Position numbers and translations under genes: made by a program. A stretch of DNA of 64,000 bases, from positions 103,940,282 through 104,004,281 of the forward strand of contig NC_057717.1 of assembly GCF_004010195.1 (NCBI RefSeq), read 5' to 3'. This stretch comes from Chiloscyllium plagiosum (lineage: Eukaryota). This document shows, in pieces, positions 49,642 through 63,108 of the stretch. The notes under the pieces were generated by a model, which worked only from the letters and a program-made list of their open reading frames with translations, ran no database searches and had not been told where the DNA came from. Position 1 is the stretch's first letter. Each line of letters begins with the position of its first letter.

Positions 49642-52404
49642 CATTTAAAATTTCTGTTGTTTACTTTCAGTGGCGTGTTCCCCCTAACATAGGTTTTAAG
49701 TTATTTCCTTTCTGTTCGCATTCCAACTTAGTGATTTTTTTTACATTCTTGACGTAAAAGTTCGGCGTGACTCCCCTCACCTGAAGGACCTTGCCCATAG
49801 TGTGTCAGTCGCAGGGTTTTGGCCAAACCAGCACAACTGGGGACCGCACCTTGAGGCGGGGTGAGGCCATATCGCTGCAGTCCATACGCGGGAGTCCCTG
49901 TCTGAACACTCCATGGTTTTGGTGAGGGTCAGTGTGTGCTTGAGTCAACTGAACCAATGTGACAGACTGACCAGTTGTTCAGTAATGGACCGAACCCCGG
50001 TAGGAATCCTTGTGTTCATTTCCAACCTTACCTACAAAATGATTTGCTCGCAGGATATTTGTAAGAGAACACTGATCCTTTTGAAGGGTCTGTACATGCC
50101 TGGTGTGAGCTGCATACTTATTTGGTGGTGATTTTCCCCACATCTGATCTTCCCTTTGGGTTCCAGGCTCCGCGTTAGCTCACCAAACGGCCACCCAGTT
50201 TATAACTGGTGCTGAATTCAAAGGAATGATTGACTAGAATGCTGTGTTTATGTTCTGACCTGGAAGTAGATAGCACCAGCAATGGGATTGGCTGGAAGGA
50301 ATGAGCTTGTTAGTTGGTTATTATGTAAGACACATGTAACCGACGCACCACCTCAAAGGGGAACATCGGCTGGAAGGAAGAAGCTAGGGAAACTATTACA
50401 ATAATGTGCTGTGAAAAACCAATAAATCTTGCTTGTACACGATTCTGGGATGTTGTATCTTTGTTTCCTTAAAGTGTACCCCTCAAACCAGGATATCATT
50501 ATCTAATCAGTCCCTACATTAGGTGCAACACTGTCCTCTCCTCTTGCAGCTGAAGAGTCTATTAAAGCACAACAAAAATATGCATCTTCTTTCTCCCCCC
50601 CCCCCCCCCTCCCAACCACCCCCCTCCACCCATCTGTAAAGTATCCTACCCCGTTTTAGCAGAGTCGGCCATTCAGCCCCTCAAGCTTACTACATCCATC
50701 GATAAGAGTAAGGTTGATCTATAGGTGTTTCCAGCTACCTTGGTGACCTTTGACTCCCAGGTCTCCACCAGAACGTATCCAATTGCTATGTTGGAAATAT
50801 TCAATGACCCTCCTCCATTGTATTCAGAGGTAGGGAGTTCCAAAGTCAGACAACCCTCTGTCAGAGTCTTGTCTTAGCAGGGTGACCTCTACTCTCTCAA
50901 CAAGTGTGCCCTTGTAGGCGAGGAGCCAGTCCCGGATTTTGTGACTGATAATTCAGAAACAAAAGGCTGGGGAGCACATCTGTCTGCTTTTGCAGAAGTA
51001 CAAAGAAACTGAGCCCCAGCCTAAAACTTCACACGTGGTTTTAAAAATCCCACTGAGCAGAGGGAAATTATCCTTCCAACTGTGTGCCGTTGTGTTGGAA
51101 GAGGGCCAGGGGTGGGGGTATTGATTTGTGGAAATCCTGCGAGCAGAGTTCCATATTGACTGGAATAAAAACAGAACAAAAATAGAGCCCCAATTCTCCG
51201 CTCCTTGTGGAAGGTGCCTTCCTCTCCAAATTCCATCTCTTGGTCAGAGAGTCCTTATAAATAGGAGTCACTTTTGTCAGTCGTTTAAGTTGGCCCACGT
51301 ACACTGTTAAGCTCTTCAAACTACGCAACCATGAAAGGCACGCTGAGAAAGTGGGTCCGCACTGCAAAGCCGAAAGGCAATATTTTAGGGAGAGAGAGAG
51401 AGAGGGGGGGGAAAGAATCCTTACAATCAGAGCTGGGTCACTGCACCAACCTTTCTCTTAACTTTGTGTGTGTGTGTGTGTGTGTTAGAGGGGGAGGAGG
51501 GGATTAGAATATTTTGTTTGCAGTGGGAGGGAGGGGAGAGGGAGAGGGAGGAGAGAGGGGGGTGGCTCAGAAGTCCGGTGCAGTCAGCTGGGAGGTGATC
51601 CGAGGCAGTAGCGAGCTGCCGCTGGTGACTAAGCACTGGACAGCACAACGTCGGGCTTGACAGCTGAGCGAGAGGCAAAGCCCGTGTTGGGAGGAGAGGG
51701 GCGAAAGTGAGAGAGGAACTAAATGGGACAGGGGTCTTGTTTGAAATGAACCAGCCAGTGGAGTGGGGGGGGGGGGGGGGTTTAAATGCCAGTTAGATGG
51801 CAAGATTCCAACCCTGTCAGAGTGGCTTTTGCGTTCGAAGTCAAAGTTTATATATATATATATATATCCAAAAGGAATCTTCTAATCAGTGGCTTGCTGC
51901 ATGAAGTTTCTGCTGGTGTGTACTCTGATCTGTGGCATGGGTCACATGTCGAAATTTGAGTTGCTGTTTATGTCCCCCTCTCCTCAGGAGGGAGTGGGAA
52001 ATCAGAACCATTTCTCAACATTTTTATTTTTGTTAATAATCGTTCTCCTGAGTCGCAAAACGAAGCCGAACCGAGCAAGATTCAGAAGTGCAGTGCTCCC
52101 TGTCTTTTCAGAGATATAATCTGGGAGCTCCTGTATGTCTGCCCTGAGGAAGGCCTCCTGTTTGTTCAGGCCTGTTACTCTGACCTGGCCCCTGTCCTCT
52201 TTGGCTGAGAGGCAATTAGCTATTTATTTACTATTGCACAATTTTAGAATGACCACAGAATTCACAGCACAAAATCTGGCCACTCGGTCCATCTGATTGG
52301 CATTTGCTCTCCAACCAAGTCTCTTCCCAGACCGCCCCTTCTCTCTCTCTAACGAAACATCTTTCATTCCCTTCTCTCTCTCTCTCTCTCTCAGGTCTTT
52401 ATAG

Positions 52405-53015
52405 GGTCACACAGCATGGAAACAGACCCTTCGGTCCAACTTGTTCATGCTGACCAACTTTCCCAAACTCAGCTAGTCCCACCCTATTCATGTCCCTGTC
52501 CAAACGCCGCCTTAATGCTGTAACTGTACCTGCATCTACCACTTCCTCTGGCAGTTCATTCCACATATGAACTACCCTCTGTGTGAAAAAGTACTCCTCA
52601 GGTCCCTTTTAAATCCTTTCTCTCTCACTTTAATATTAAGCCAAGAGGGTGATGCTGGAAAAGCACAGCAGGTCAGGCAGCACCTGTCCCGCTGCGCTTT
52701 TCCAGCACCACACTCTCGACTCAGATCTCCAGCATCTGCAGTCCTCACTTTTGCCGTAACATTAAGCCCTCTGGTTTGAACCCCCCCCCCCACCCCTCCA
52801 TCCTGGTGAAAAGACTTTGTTCACCCTGTCCAGGCCCCTCATGATTTTTTCTTGTTGGGCCGAAGGGCCTGTTTCCACACTGTAATGTAATCTAATGTAA
52901 TGTAATCTAATCATAAACCTCTATAAGGTCAACCCTCAACCTCATACACTCCAAGGGAAGAAAGTCTCAGCCTCTCCTTCTAACTTCAACGCCCCAGTCC
53001 CGGTGACGAACCTGC
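52405..53015 (-). mobile_element. CR1 3' fragment with two nested insertions
   Basis: Interrupted by a family A fold-back (52643-52756, TSD TAA(T/C)ATTAAGCC) and by a SINE/LINE tail (about 52851-52912). Confidence 0.75.
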
Positions 53016-53643
53016 CCTGGTAACGACCGAATTCGAAACGTGCTGAGCCTGCTCTGTCATTCGCTGAGGGTTGTGGCCCTGTCAGCACGTCCTCATCTCC
53101 CCTCCAGACACTACAGAATTTATCCAACTGTCTTAAAAAATATTGTGACGTCCTGCCTGCCTCCTCTACTCTCCGGGAGGAGGGTTTCGCAGGCTCTCAA
53201 CCCTCAGAGACAATTCTCCTCACTGTTGTCTTAACCGGGAGACCCACCACTCCCACTTTCTGACCCCCTCCCCATAGGGAACGTTGTCTCTCCATCAGCC
53301 CTTGGTTTAAGCATCCATTAGCCTCTGCTGCATTCTCTGGGGAGGCAATGGCCCTTAGTATTAATGTTCGAGGGACCAAGGTTCAAATCCCACCAGGACA
53401 GATGCTGGAATTGAATTTAATAAAAACCTGGAATTAAGCGTCTAATGGTAACCATGAATCCATTGTCAGAAGAATGCATCTGGTTCGCGAATGTCCCTTA
53501 TTACTGTCCTTACCCGGTCTGGCCTACATGTCACTACAGACCCGCAACAATGTCATAGAGATGTACAGCATGGAAACAGACCCTTCGGTCCAACCCATCC
53601 ATGCCGACCAGATATCCCAACCCAATCTAGTCCCACCTGCCAG

Positions 53644-54143
53644 NNNNNNNNNNNNNNNNNNNNNNNNNNNNNNNNNNNNNNNNNNNNNNNNNNNNNNNNN
53701 NNNNNNNNNNNNNNNNNNNNNNNNNNNNNNNNNNNNNNNNNNNNNNNNNNNNNNNNNNNNNNNNNNNNNNNNNNNNNNNNNNNNNNNNNNNNNNNNNNNN
53801 NNNNNNNNNNNNNNNNNNNNNNNNNNNNNNNNNNNNNNNNNNNNNNNNNNNNNNNNNNNNNNNNNNNNNNNNNNNNNNNNNNNNNNNNNNNNNNNNNNNN
53901 NNNNNNNNNNNNNNNNNNNNNNNNNNNNNNNNNNNNNNNNNNNNNNNNNNNNNNNNNNNNNNNNNNNNNNNNNNNNNNNNNNNNNNNNNNNNNNNNNNNN
54001 NNNNNNNNNNNNNNNNNNNNNNNNNNNNNNNNNNNNNNNNNNNNNNNNNNNNNNNNNNNNNNNNNNNNNNNNNNNNNNNNNNNNNNNNNNNNNNNNNNNN
54101 NNNNNNNNNNNNNNNNNNNNNNNNNNNNNNNNNNNNNNNNNNN
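53644..54143. other. Assembly gap (exactly 500 N)
   Basis: N run; CR1 tail on the left, (CA)n on the right. Confidence 0.99.
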
Positions 54144-54614
54144 CACACACATACACACACACACACAGAGCACTGCTAGCCTCTCGGCTGACTGCACCTG
54201 GTCAGCAGCCAGCAGACTTGCTTGTAAACATCTTACAGCAATAAATGAGCCGTGTCCATTCCGGGGAGGTGAACAGAGGTCTTGTTCCACAGCCAGCTCC
54301 TTCCTGGTACGCCTTCCTGCTGGCCTGCCCCTGGGACATTGGCTAATCTGAAGGGAAAAACTATTTAAAAAAAAAGACTTTGGAACTGAGTTAAAGAGAT
54401 CCAAATCATCGTGTACCCGTGAAAACAGAGTTCATTTACAAGTTTCATTGCATTTCTTTTCAATAAACTGCTTTTCCCTCTGTCCCAATGATTATTGAAG
54501 TTCTTATTAGGGAGTACAAAGAGAGAATTGACAAGGATCTTCATGGGGCGAACACACACACACCAAAATCTGTTCCACCAGTCACTCGAGATGATCGAAA
54601 CCATGGTTTAGAGG

Positions 54615-54792
54615 TGATTTGGAGATGCCAGTGTTGGATGACAGACTTAACAAACAATCCAGGCCGTTTTCAATATATAATTCCTGTTACATCACACTGT
54701 AAACTTTTGCTATAAATTCTATAATTTTGCTATAAAGCTAATGCCTCCAAATAAACCTGTTGAACTATAACCTGGTGTTGTGCGATCTTTAA
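54615..54792 (+). mobile_element. Penelope-derived insertion (family B), internally deleted
   Basis: TGATTTGGAGATGCC start and CCTGGTGTTGTGCGATCTTTAA end; TSD CATGGTTT(A/G)GAGG at 54602-54614 and 54793-54805. Confidence 0.7.
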
Positions 54793-55072
54793 CATGGTTT
54801 GGAGGCAGCATTCATCCTGATTTTCCCTGTCATTCTCCAAGAATTTGCTATTAGCCGACATCCAGCAGATCAATCATAAGATATTGAAATAACAATGTGC
54901 GTGATGGATTTAAAATTTATTTTGAAAATGTGTTGTCCATAAAAGGTACTGAAAGGTGATGGACTTAACCGTTGAATATCATCCAAGCTGTTAATTGAGA
55001 ACAGGCTCAGCCCACCAGTCGTTATGGGGAGACAGAGATGTTGAGTGATCAATGGTGCAGGGGCAGGCGGGT

Positions 55073-55105
<33 letters not shown>

Positions 55106-55294
55106 ACACTGTTAGAGGTGGGTGGTCATATCTTGAAAACCTCCCAGGCATGTGAACAATGAGGATTAGAAACAGAATGAGGAATCCAATTCCAGTGTCT
55201 GGAGGTGACGAGGCCCTGTGGGATGGAAGACTGAGTTGTAACTGCTGCTGCCAATTCCTGTTGACATGGACAGAACTGGGTAGGGGTCCGTTTT

Positions 55295-55770
55295 ATGAAT
55301 ATAAGAACCAGGAGCTGGAGTAGGTCATTCAGCCCCTCGATCCTGCTCCACCTTCACTATAATCATGGCTGCTCTCATCTCGACCTCAACCCCCCCTTGC
55401 CTGCCTGCTATCCCGATACTCATTAAAAATCTGTCCATCTCCTCCTTAAATTTACTCAATGTCCCGGCATCCACTGCCCTCTGGGGAAGTGAATTCCACA
55501 GCCTCACCACCACCTTAAGTGAGAAGACATTTCTTCTTGTCCCTGTTTTAAATCTGCCACCCTTTACCCTAAAACCATGACCTCTCATTCCAGATTGACA
55601 CCCACACGAGGAAACATTCTCTCTCCATGTACTCCTAATGATCCCTTTGGCATCTTCTATACCTGAATTAGATCTCCCCTCATTGTTCTAAACTCTGTAC
55701 CTGCTCAATCCCTCTTCACCTCGAGTGAACTTCCTCTGAACAGCCTCCAACACAACCCCAGGCTTCAGTG
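55295..55770 (-). mobile_element. Older CR1 3' fragment
   Basis: Minus-strand RGHGFRVKGGRFKT...LWNSLPQRAVDAG. Confidence 0.82.
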
Positions 55771-56154
55771 TAAGGGTTTGATCTGCCTCTCTGTAACATG
55801 CAGGTGAGGTAAACCCTCATTAGGGTGGGGAGGGATCAATCACTTTGTTATGCACTCAAAGATTTCCTGCATTGTTCCTCTCTCAGAGACGGAGATGATA
55901 ATTGATTTACCTTCACTAGAAACAGTCAAGACATGACTTGCATTTACATCGCACTTTAGACCCAGGACTGGCACACAGCTAATGAAGTCATCTTCTGAGG
56001 TGGAACATGGGCATCACTGACAAGTCTGGCATTTAGTAGCTAATTGCCCTTCAACTTGCCGCCTGGATGCTGCCTGACCTGCTGTGCTTTTCCAGCACCA
56101 CACTTTTTGACTCTTGACGGTTTCAGCCATATCAGAGTCAGCCCCATTGCTACA

Positions 56155-56447
56155 ATTAGATTAGATTAGATTCCCTAAAGTGTGGTAACATGCCCTTCGG
56201 CCCAACCAGTCCACACAGACCCTCTGAAGAGTAACCCACCCAGACCCATTTCCCTCTGACTAATGCACCTAACACTATGGACGGTTTAGCATGGCCAATT
56301 CACCTGGCACATTTTTGGACTGTGGGAGGAAACCCACGCAGACACGGGGAGAATGTGCAAACACCACATAGTTGCCTGAGGGTGGAATCGAACCTGGGGC
56401 CCTGGTGCTGTGAGACTGCAGTGCTAACCACTGAGCCACCATGCCAC
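56155..56447 (-). mobile_element. V-SINE
   Basis: (TTAGA)n tail and reverse-complement head. Confidence 0.85.
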
Positions 56448-58289
56448 GGGTCTGCAGTCACCTACAGGCCAGACTGGGTAAAGATGGCAGATTTCCCTCC
56501 CTGAATGATATTAGTGAACCAGATGAGTTTTCACACCAATAGTTGACACAGTCACCACTGATGACTAGCTTTCTATTAATCAGATCCTTTTAGTTTTTTT
56601 AATTAATGGGATGTGGGTGTCATGGACTAGAACCTTTGTTGCCCCATCCCTAATTGCCCAGAGAGCAGTTAAGAGTCAACCCCATTGCTGTGGGTCTAGA
56701 GTCACATGTAGGCCAGACTGGGTAAGGACTGGTTTCCTTCCCAGAAGGACATTAGTAAGCCAGATGAGCTTTTCCCTGACAATGAATTCATGGTCATCAT
56801 TAGATCCCTAATTCCAACTTTTTGTTGGATTCAAACTTCAGCATCTGCCATGGCAAGATTCGAACCTGCATCCCCAGAACGTTGTCTGTGTCTTTGGATT
56901 AGCTGCTCAGCGATAATACCACTAGGCCATCACCTCTCACTTCCAGGCCCTTCATACGGTGGGATTTGAACCCAGGTCTACACCCAGCGTGCAGTTTACA
57001 TTATCACCACGTCACTGTTTCCCTATCTACCTGTAGGCAATGGGAGCGACTCAAGGCTCTGATGAAATCAGAACAGAATTAGCAAAAATAATTTCTTCTA
57101 ACGTGTAGAAAGTGGTGACTTTTCACCCAGCAATCCTCAACTGAGGTGTAATAGGGGGGATGGGAGGGGAATGCGACAGGGACATTATTCCTGCTCCATA
57201 TGGGCGGTGGAGATTTGGATGGACTCGATCGTTGTGGAAACCCCATCTGGTTCACCGCCATTCCGTCTGGCCTACATGTGACTCCAGACCCAAAATGGCC
57301 GACTCCCAAACTGCAGCAGGAACCCACTCAGTTCATGGGCAACTGGGAATAGACAATAAATTCTTACCATCAACACACACACACACATCCCATGAAATGG
57401 AGAAATAAAAAAGATGGATGCTCACAGCTATGAAGTTGGGCGATGTTAGGGAGGCAGAAATAAACAGTTGGTACTTCATTTCAGGGTCAAAAGTGGCTCC
57501 AAACCTCCAACCAGCCAGGCGTAATCTGAGATGTTGAAGAGAGAGAGAGAGATTCTGGCAGTAGTCAGGAGGGAATGATCTCAGAACTTCAAGTGAAGTG
57601 TGCCTCTAAGCTTATCCCTGACTAAGTCAGCCTGTAATGAATGTGCCTTGTGTTTGACAACACGATGGGAGAAGACTCACACATAATAACCCATGTAGTC
57701 GAAAGATGTCATTAGGAGCTGCAATAAATTATAGCCTTCTGTCTGACAGAAGTGTTCCAAGCATGCTACATTAGACACAACCACAGACCAACCATAATCT
57801 ACTCCGGCGTTTCATTCCAAACCACAGTCTCAGCAAACACAACCTCAGATAAATACAAAAACGTGCCTAGAATTCCATCTAGGGACAAGCTATTAAGCTC
57901 ACTCCACTGTCGATAAGAATGTTATTTTTAACTAACTCATTTGTCCATCTCCAGGACAGTTGGGATCTGAACCTCAATCTCCTGTCCTCGAGAATGGGCC
58001 GTTACCACTTGTGATATGAATGTTAGTGTCGACTAGGTTCTGTTAGTGGTTGTTAGATATGTGGTGCTTGAAGGTATACAAAGGTGTTGAATATCGATTA
58101 GCCGATTGTACTATGGTGTGTACCCCCTCTATTAGTTTTCTAGTAAGATTCGTAATGGAATTTTTGGCTGCAATTCAGCTCCACGTTCCTAACCTTAGGA
58201 ATCCCAGTGCGGAGGGAGTATGGACACATTGGAGATTCTCCCTGTGTGTCAGATCCTGGGCTCAGCCGAGGTAACTATCCAAGCCTTGT

Positions 58290-58870
58290 GTGATGGTGCT
58301 GCTCCTTTAACAAGGTTATATCATCCTTGCCTTTTTTTTTTAGAGAGGTTGCAAAACCAGCGATTCCAAAAAGTCTAAAGTTGAAGGGTTTTAGGGCCAG
58401 TTTGATTACAGCTAATAGATACTGCCTCAGGAAAAAAGGCTTTCAAGGTTTCGTTTTTTAAAAAAAACTGAAAGGGGAGTGGCTCGTTCTCCCAGCTCAG
58501 CTTTTCTCTGGTTTGGTTTTAGCAGTCTGGTTGTTCACTGAAAGCAGGCAGTCAGTTTGAGGCTGCTGGCCCAAGAAACAGCTACATGGAAGAAGGTGTT
58601 CCATGCTGCCATCTCTCTATTTCCTGTAAGCCCCTGTGCTTAATTTTACCTTTTGTGCCAAGGAGTGTTTATGAATATTGTTGCAAGTATTTGGAACAGC
58701 ATCATTAGGTTGGGTTAATCTGTTGGGTTTTCAGATAGATTATGTTGTTCTCTATTCTGTACTCTTTTGTTTGTGTTTCATTCAGTAATCTTGTAAATAA
58801 ATTCTGTTTTGTTTAAAATCAAGTGGTTTGACCACCTGTATCTTTCCTGGAATATCCACTTTACACCTAC
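58290..58870 (+). mobile_element. Probable LTR fragment (second family)
   Basis: Starts with TGTGATGG and has LTR-like composition with AATAAA near 58796. The right end abuts a CR1; no TSD was confirmed. Confidence 0.45.
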
Positions 58871-59850
58871 ACTGTGGGAAAAGCAGTTCCTCCTCATCCC
58901 TGTCCTAAATCTACTCCTCCTGATCTTGAGGCCATGTCCCCTAATCTTAGTTTCACACACCAGCTTGCCTTCCTCTATCTTATCTGTCCCTTTCGTGGTT
59001 TTATATGTTTCTATAAGTTCCCCTCTCATTCTTATAAATTCTAGCGAGTTTAGTCCCAGGTGGCTTAACTTCTCCTCATAGGGTAACCCCCTCATCTCCG
59101 GAATCAACCTGGTGAACCTCCTCTGCATCACCTCCAAAGCCAGTATATCCTTCCTCAAGAAAGGAGACTAGAACTGTGCACAATACTCCAGGTGTGGCCT
59201 CACCAACACCTTGTACAATTGCAGCAGAACCTCCCTACTTTTAAATTCAATCACTCTAGCAATGAAAGCCAATATTCTGTTTGCCTTCCTGATTTCCTGT
59301 TGCACCTGCAAATCAACTTTTAGCAATTCATGTATGAGCACTCCTAAGTCCCTCTGAACGACAGAATGCTGCAATCTTTCACCATTTAAATAATACTCTG
59401 ACCTACTATTTTTACTTCCAAAGTGCATAACCTTACATTTACCAACATTGTCCTCCATCTGCCAGACCCTTGCTCACTCACATAACCTATCTAAATCTCT
59501 CTGCAAACCCTCTACATCCTCTGCACAATTTGCCTTTCTACTGAATTTAATGTCATCAGCAAACTTGGATATGTTACTCTTGGTCTCCTCTTCCAAATCA
59601 TTTATATTTATCATGAACAGTTGCAGGCCTAACATTGACCCCTGTGGGCACCCCGCTCACCACTGATCTCCAACCATTTATCCCAACTCTCTGCTTTCTA
59701 TTGGTTAACCATTTCTCTATCCATGCTAGTACATTCCCTGTAATTCCATGCATTCTTATCTTGTAGATGAATCTTTTATGCAGCACCTTATCGAATGCCT
59801 ACTGGATCTCCAAGTATGTAACATCTACCTGTTCCCCTCCATCCACCGTG
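58871..59850 (-). mobile_element. Decayed CR1 LINE
   Basis: Minus-strand KIRMHGITG...WLTNRKQRVGING...KCKVMHFG...LYKVLVRPHLEYC...RRFTRLIPEM. Confidence 0.9.
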
Positions 59851-62795
59851 CTTGTTATGCTAATACACTCTTGAATTGTAGATGTTTCAGAGAGTCAGGA
59901 GTTGAGTTACTGAGCAAAGAATCCCTAGCCTCTGACCTGATCTTATAGCCACAATATTCACATGGCTGGTCCAGGTGACTTTCTGGTCAAGTTGAGAAGG
60001 ATAACTGAATATTATGAGTTCAAGATAAATTCAATAAGACTAAGTGAAGAAAGTATACAGAAGAGCACATATTTCCACTATTCTGTGGTAACCCAATGCT
60101 ACTTTAATAATTTATCTCCCACATAAGACTTTCCTATGTCAACAAAGCTGAAAAAACAAATCTCTAGTAAAAGCTTCCATTGCATTAATTAGACTTCAGG
60201 CTGATCACATCTGACAACCTGCTCAGGAAACTCTGCTCACATTAGATTAGATTCCCTACGGTGTGGAAACTGGTGAGCGTCAAGTAGGTGAGCTGTCAAA
60301 ATAACAAGCAGTGGAACCGACCAAGTGTGTAATGTTTGGGATTATGATGTGCTTCAAGTCAACACTAGGAACATTAAGGCTTGGCTTGAAATTTTCTGTA
60401 AAGTTGAGATTATGTTGAAAATGTAAATAGGTTTTCATTGTTTTCTGTTACAGCTTAAAGCCAGCCAATGGAGTTGAAGTGCAGACCAGCCATGTTCAAA
60501 ATGAACAGCAGGACAGGTTCAAGGGCCCAAATGCCCTTCTCTTGACTCCCCCAGCAGAGTTTGGGAGGACTGGGAATCAAGGATTAAGGATGAGCAACAC
60601 TACTGAGAAAGAAAGAGCTCTCTGTCTCGACAGTGCTTCCCCCTGAAAACCTCTCTCCTGAAACCCCTCCACTGGCTGGTGTGTATTTTTCACCACACCC
60701 CTCAGGTTCCCTTTCTGTTTCTGAAATTCCTCTCCACCTTCTTCCTTTTCCTTCTGCAACTCCCACCCTCCCAGCTCCTCCACGCCCCTCAAAGGTTCTA
60801 TGAAATAACCTTGAACCCTCATTCTCTGTCACTTTCTATACAGTGCACTGCGTCCTGTCACAGTGCTCAGGAAAGGATATGAAAACCATCACTGCATTCG
60901 GGCACAGTCTGCTCTATAGCTCAGACAGCGGAGTCTAGGAAGAAGAGATTGGTATATTTACAAACTTTCTGTAGTTGTCAGTATTGAACCTGGTTTGAGC
61001 AGCTTTGCCTGGCACACATTGGTCTTGATTCTCCGTTGGTAGGATTCCAGTTGATGTTATTTCTGGACAAGTCAGATCCCAGATGAATCCTGGCTTGATA
61101 GATCATATTTTTTCCCACTTCTTTGGTTTCAAGGAGACAGTTTTCCACTGAAACACTGGCAGGTAATGCTGAAGATTTGGTTTTAAACAATAAAATAAAG
61201 GATCGCTATGCAAAAAGGAGGTGATGGCCTAGTGGTGTAATCGCTAGACTATTAATACAGAGACACCAGTAATGCTCTGGGGCCCTGGCTTCAAATTCTG
61301 TCATGGCTGGAATTTGAATTCAACAAATAAAAATTTGGAATTAAGAATCTATTGATGACGATTGTTGGAAAAACCCATCTGTTCATTAATGCCCTACTTT
61401 AGGGAATGAAACTGCCATCCTTACCTGGTCTGGCTACATGTGACTCCAGACCCAGAGCAACAAGGTTGAATCTTAACTGCCGTCTGGGCAATTAGGAATA
61501 GGCAATAAATGTTGGCCTCAAAAAGAAATAAATTTAGCTGTTTATATACAATGCAGGTTTAAAGATTTAAAACATACAGTGAAATATAACCTAGAGCTCT
61601 CAGAACCTGTGTCTTTACGACCGCTTTGAAATAGGACCAAGGACAAGATAACCTTATTAAAGGAGCAGCATCCCATCACAGGAGTTTGTGTGTTCTACCA
61701 GTGTCTGTGCGTGTTTGCTCCAGTTTCCACAGTTCAAAGATCTGCACTTGGATGGATAGGCCATGCTAAATAGCCCATAATGCCCAGCGGATGTGGACGA
61801 GTCATGGGATATGCAGGGCTACATGGTAGAGGGTGGAATGCTCTTCAATGGGTCAGTGCAGATTCAATGGCCTGGCTGGTCTGTTTCTATACTGTAGGGA
61901 TTCTATGATTCAAGTCTCTTTCTCATTGTGTTTTGAAAGAAAATACAATGGCAAAAGAAATACTTATAAGTTAATCACTAAAACCTTCACAAACCCATAT
62001 CAAAACCACATGCCACTACTTCAAAATCCAAACATGTGGGGGGGGCAGTGTGTGTGCCTTACTGCCTACTTTGGATTGGGCTGTCACTCAGAGTGCTCTA
62101 ATTCATTAACGTTACATTAAATACACAATGTCAGTTAGACCTGCATTTATATAGCACTTTTTAAGATTGTTGGCCATGTCCTCACACTGTATAGCTAATG
62201 AAGTACTTTTTGAAGTGTTGTAACATATAAAACATGGCAGCTAATTTGTACACTGTAGGCTTTCAGAAGAAGACAATTCACTAATGCCCCAGAAGAATTT
62301 CTTTTTGTGATGTTGATAAAGAAATTAATATTAGTTGAGACACAGTGGGGAAAGTCCTATGCGTTTGGTGGAAATAGCTGAGTGGAATCTGTCACAGCTA
62401 CCTGAGGAGGTCTCTGGGGCCTCGATTCAATGTCTCATCTGAAAGATGGTATCTTGGACAGTGCAGCTCTCTGTTAGCACTGTACCAGAGTGTCAGTGTT
62501 CATACACACAGCTCTGTGTTATATGAATATACCTGTTTCTGACCTCCTATGTTCTACCCTCCATAAAGTGAGGTCATCCGAAACTCTGATGGCTACATCC
62601 TTACTTACACTAATCTCTGAAAATCCCTCCCCAACTTTATCTGGCTCTTTAAGACACTCCTTAAAATCTACCTCTTTGGCCAAACTATTGGCTGTCTGCC
62701 CTACACTCGCTTTATATCGTTCTACGTATAGGTTTGCCTTAAGAATGCTACTATGAAGCAATTTGACACTTTCTTTACAATAAAAGGAACAAACA

Positions 62796-63108
62796 GGTGG
62801 CACGGTGGCTCAGTGGTTAGCACTGCTGCCTCACAGCACCAGGGACCCGGGTTCAATTCCTGCATCAGGTGACTGTCTGTGTGGAGTTTGCACGTTCTCC
62901 CCGTGTCTGCGTGGGTTTCCTCCGGGTGCTCCGGTTTCCTCCCACAGTCCAAAAATGTGCAGGTCAGGTGGATTGGCCATGGGAAATTGCCCATAATGTT
63001 AGGTGCATTAGTCAGGGGCAAATATGGGGAATGGGACTGGGTGGGCTACTCTTCGGAGGGTAGGTGTGGACTTGTTGGGCTGAAGGGCCTGTTTCCACAC
63101 TGTAGGGA
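62796..63108 (+). mobile_element. V-SINE, near full length
   Basis: GGTGGCACGGTGGCTCAGTGGTTAGC...GGTTCAATTCC...GAAGGGCCTGTTTCCACACTGTAGG. Confidence 0.88.

Noticed and set aside
53474..54404. Long ORFs spanning N gaps (also 19446-20454 and 40944-41753)
   Set aside because: Artefacts of translating through N runs.
61043..61162. AG...GTAATG-bounded plus-strand segment as a possible exon
   Set aside because: All three frames contain stops and no homology was recognised.
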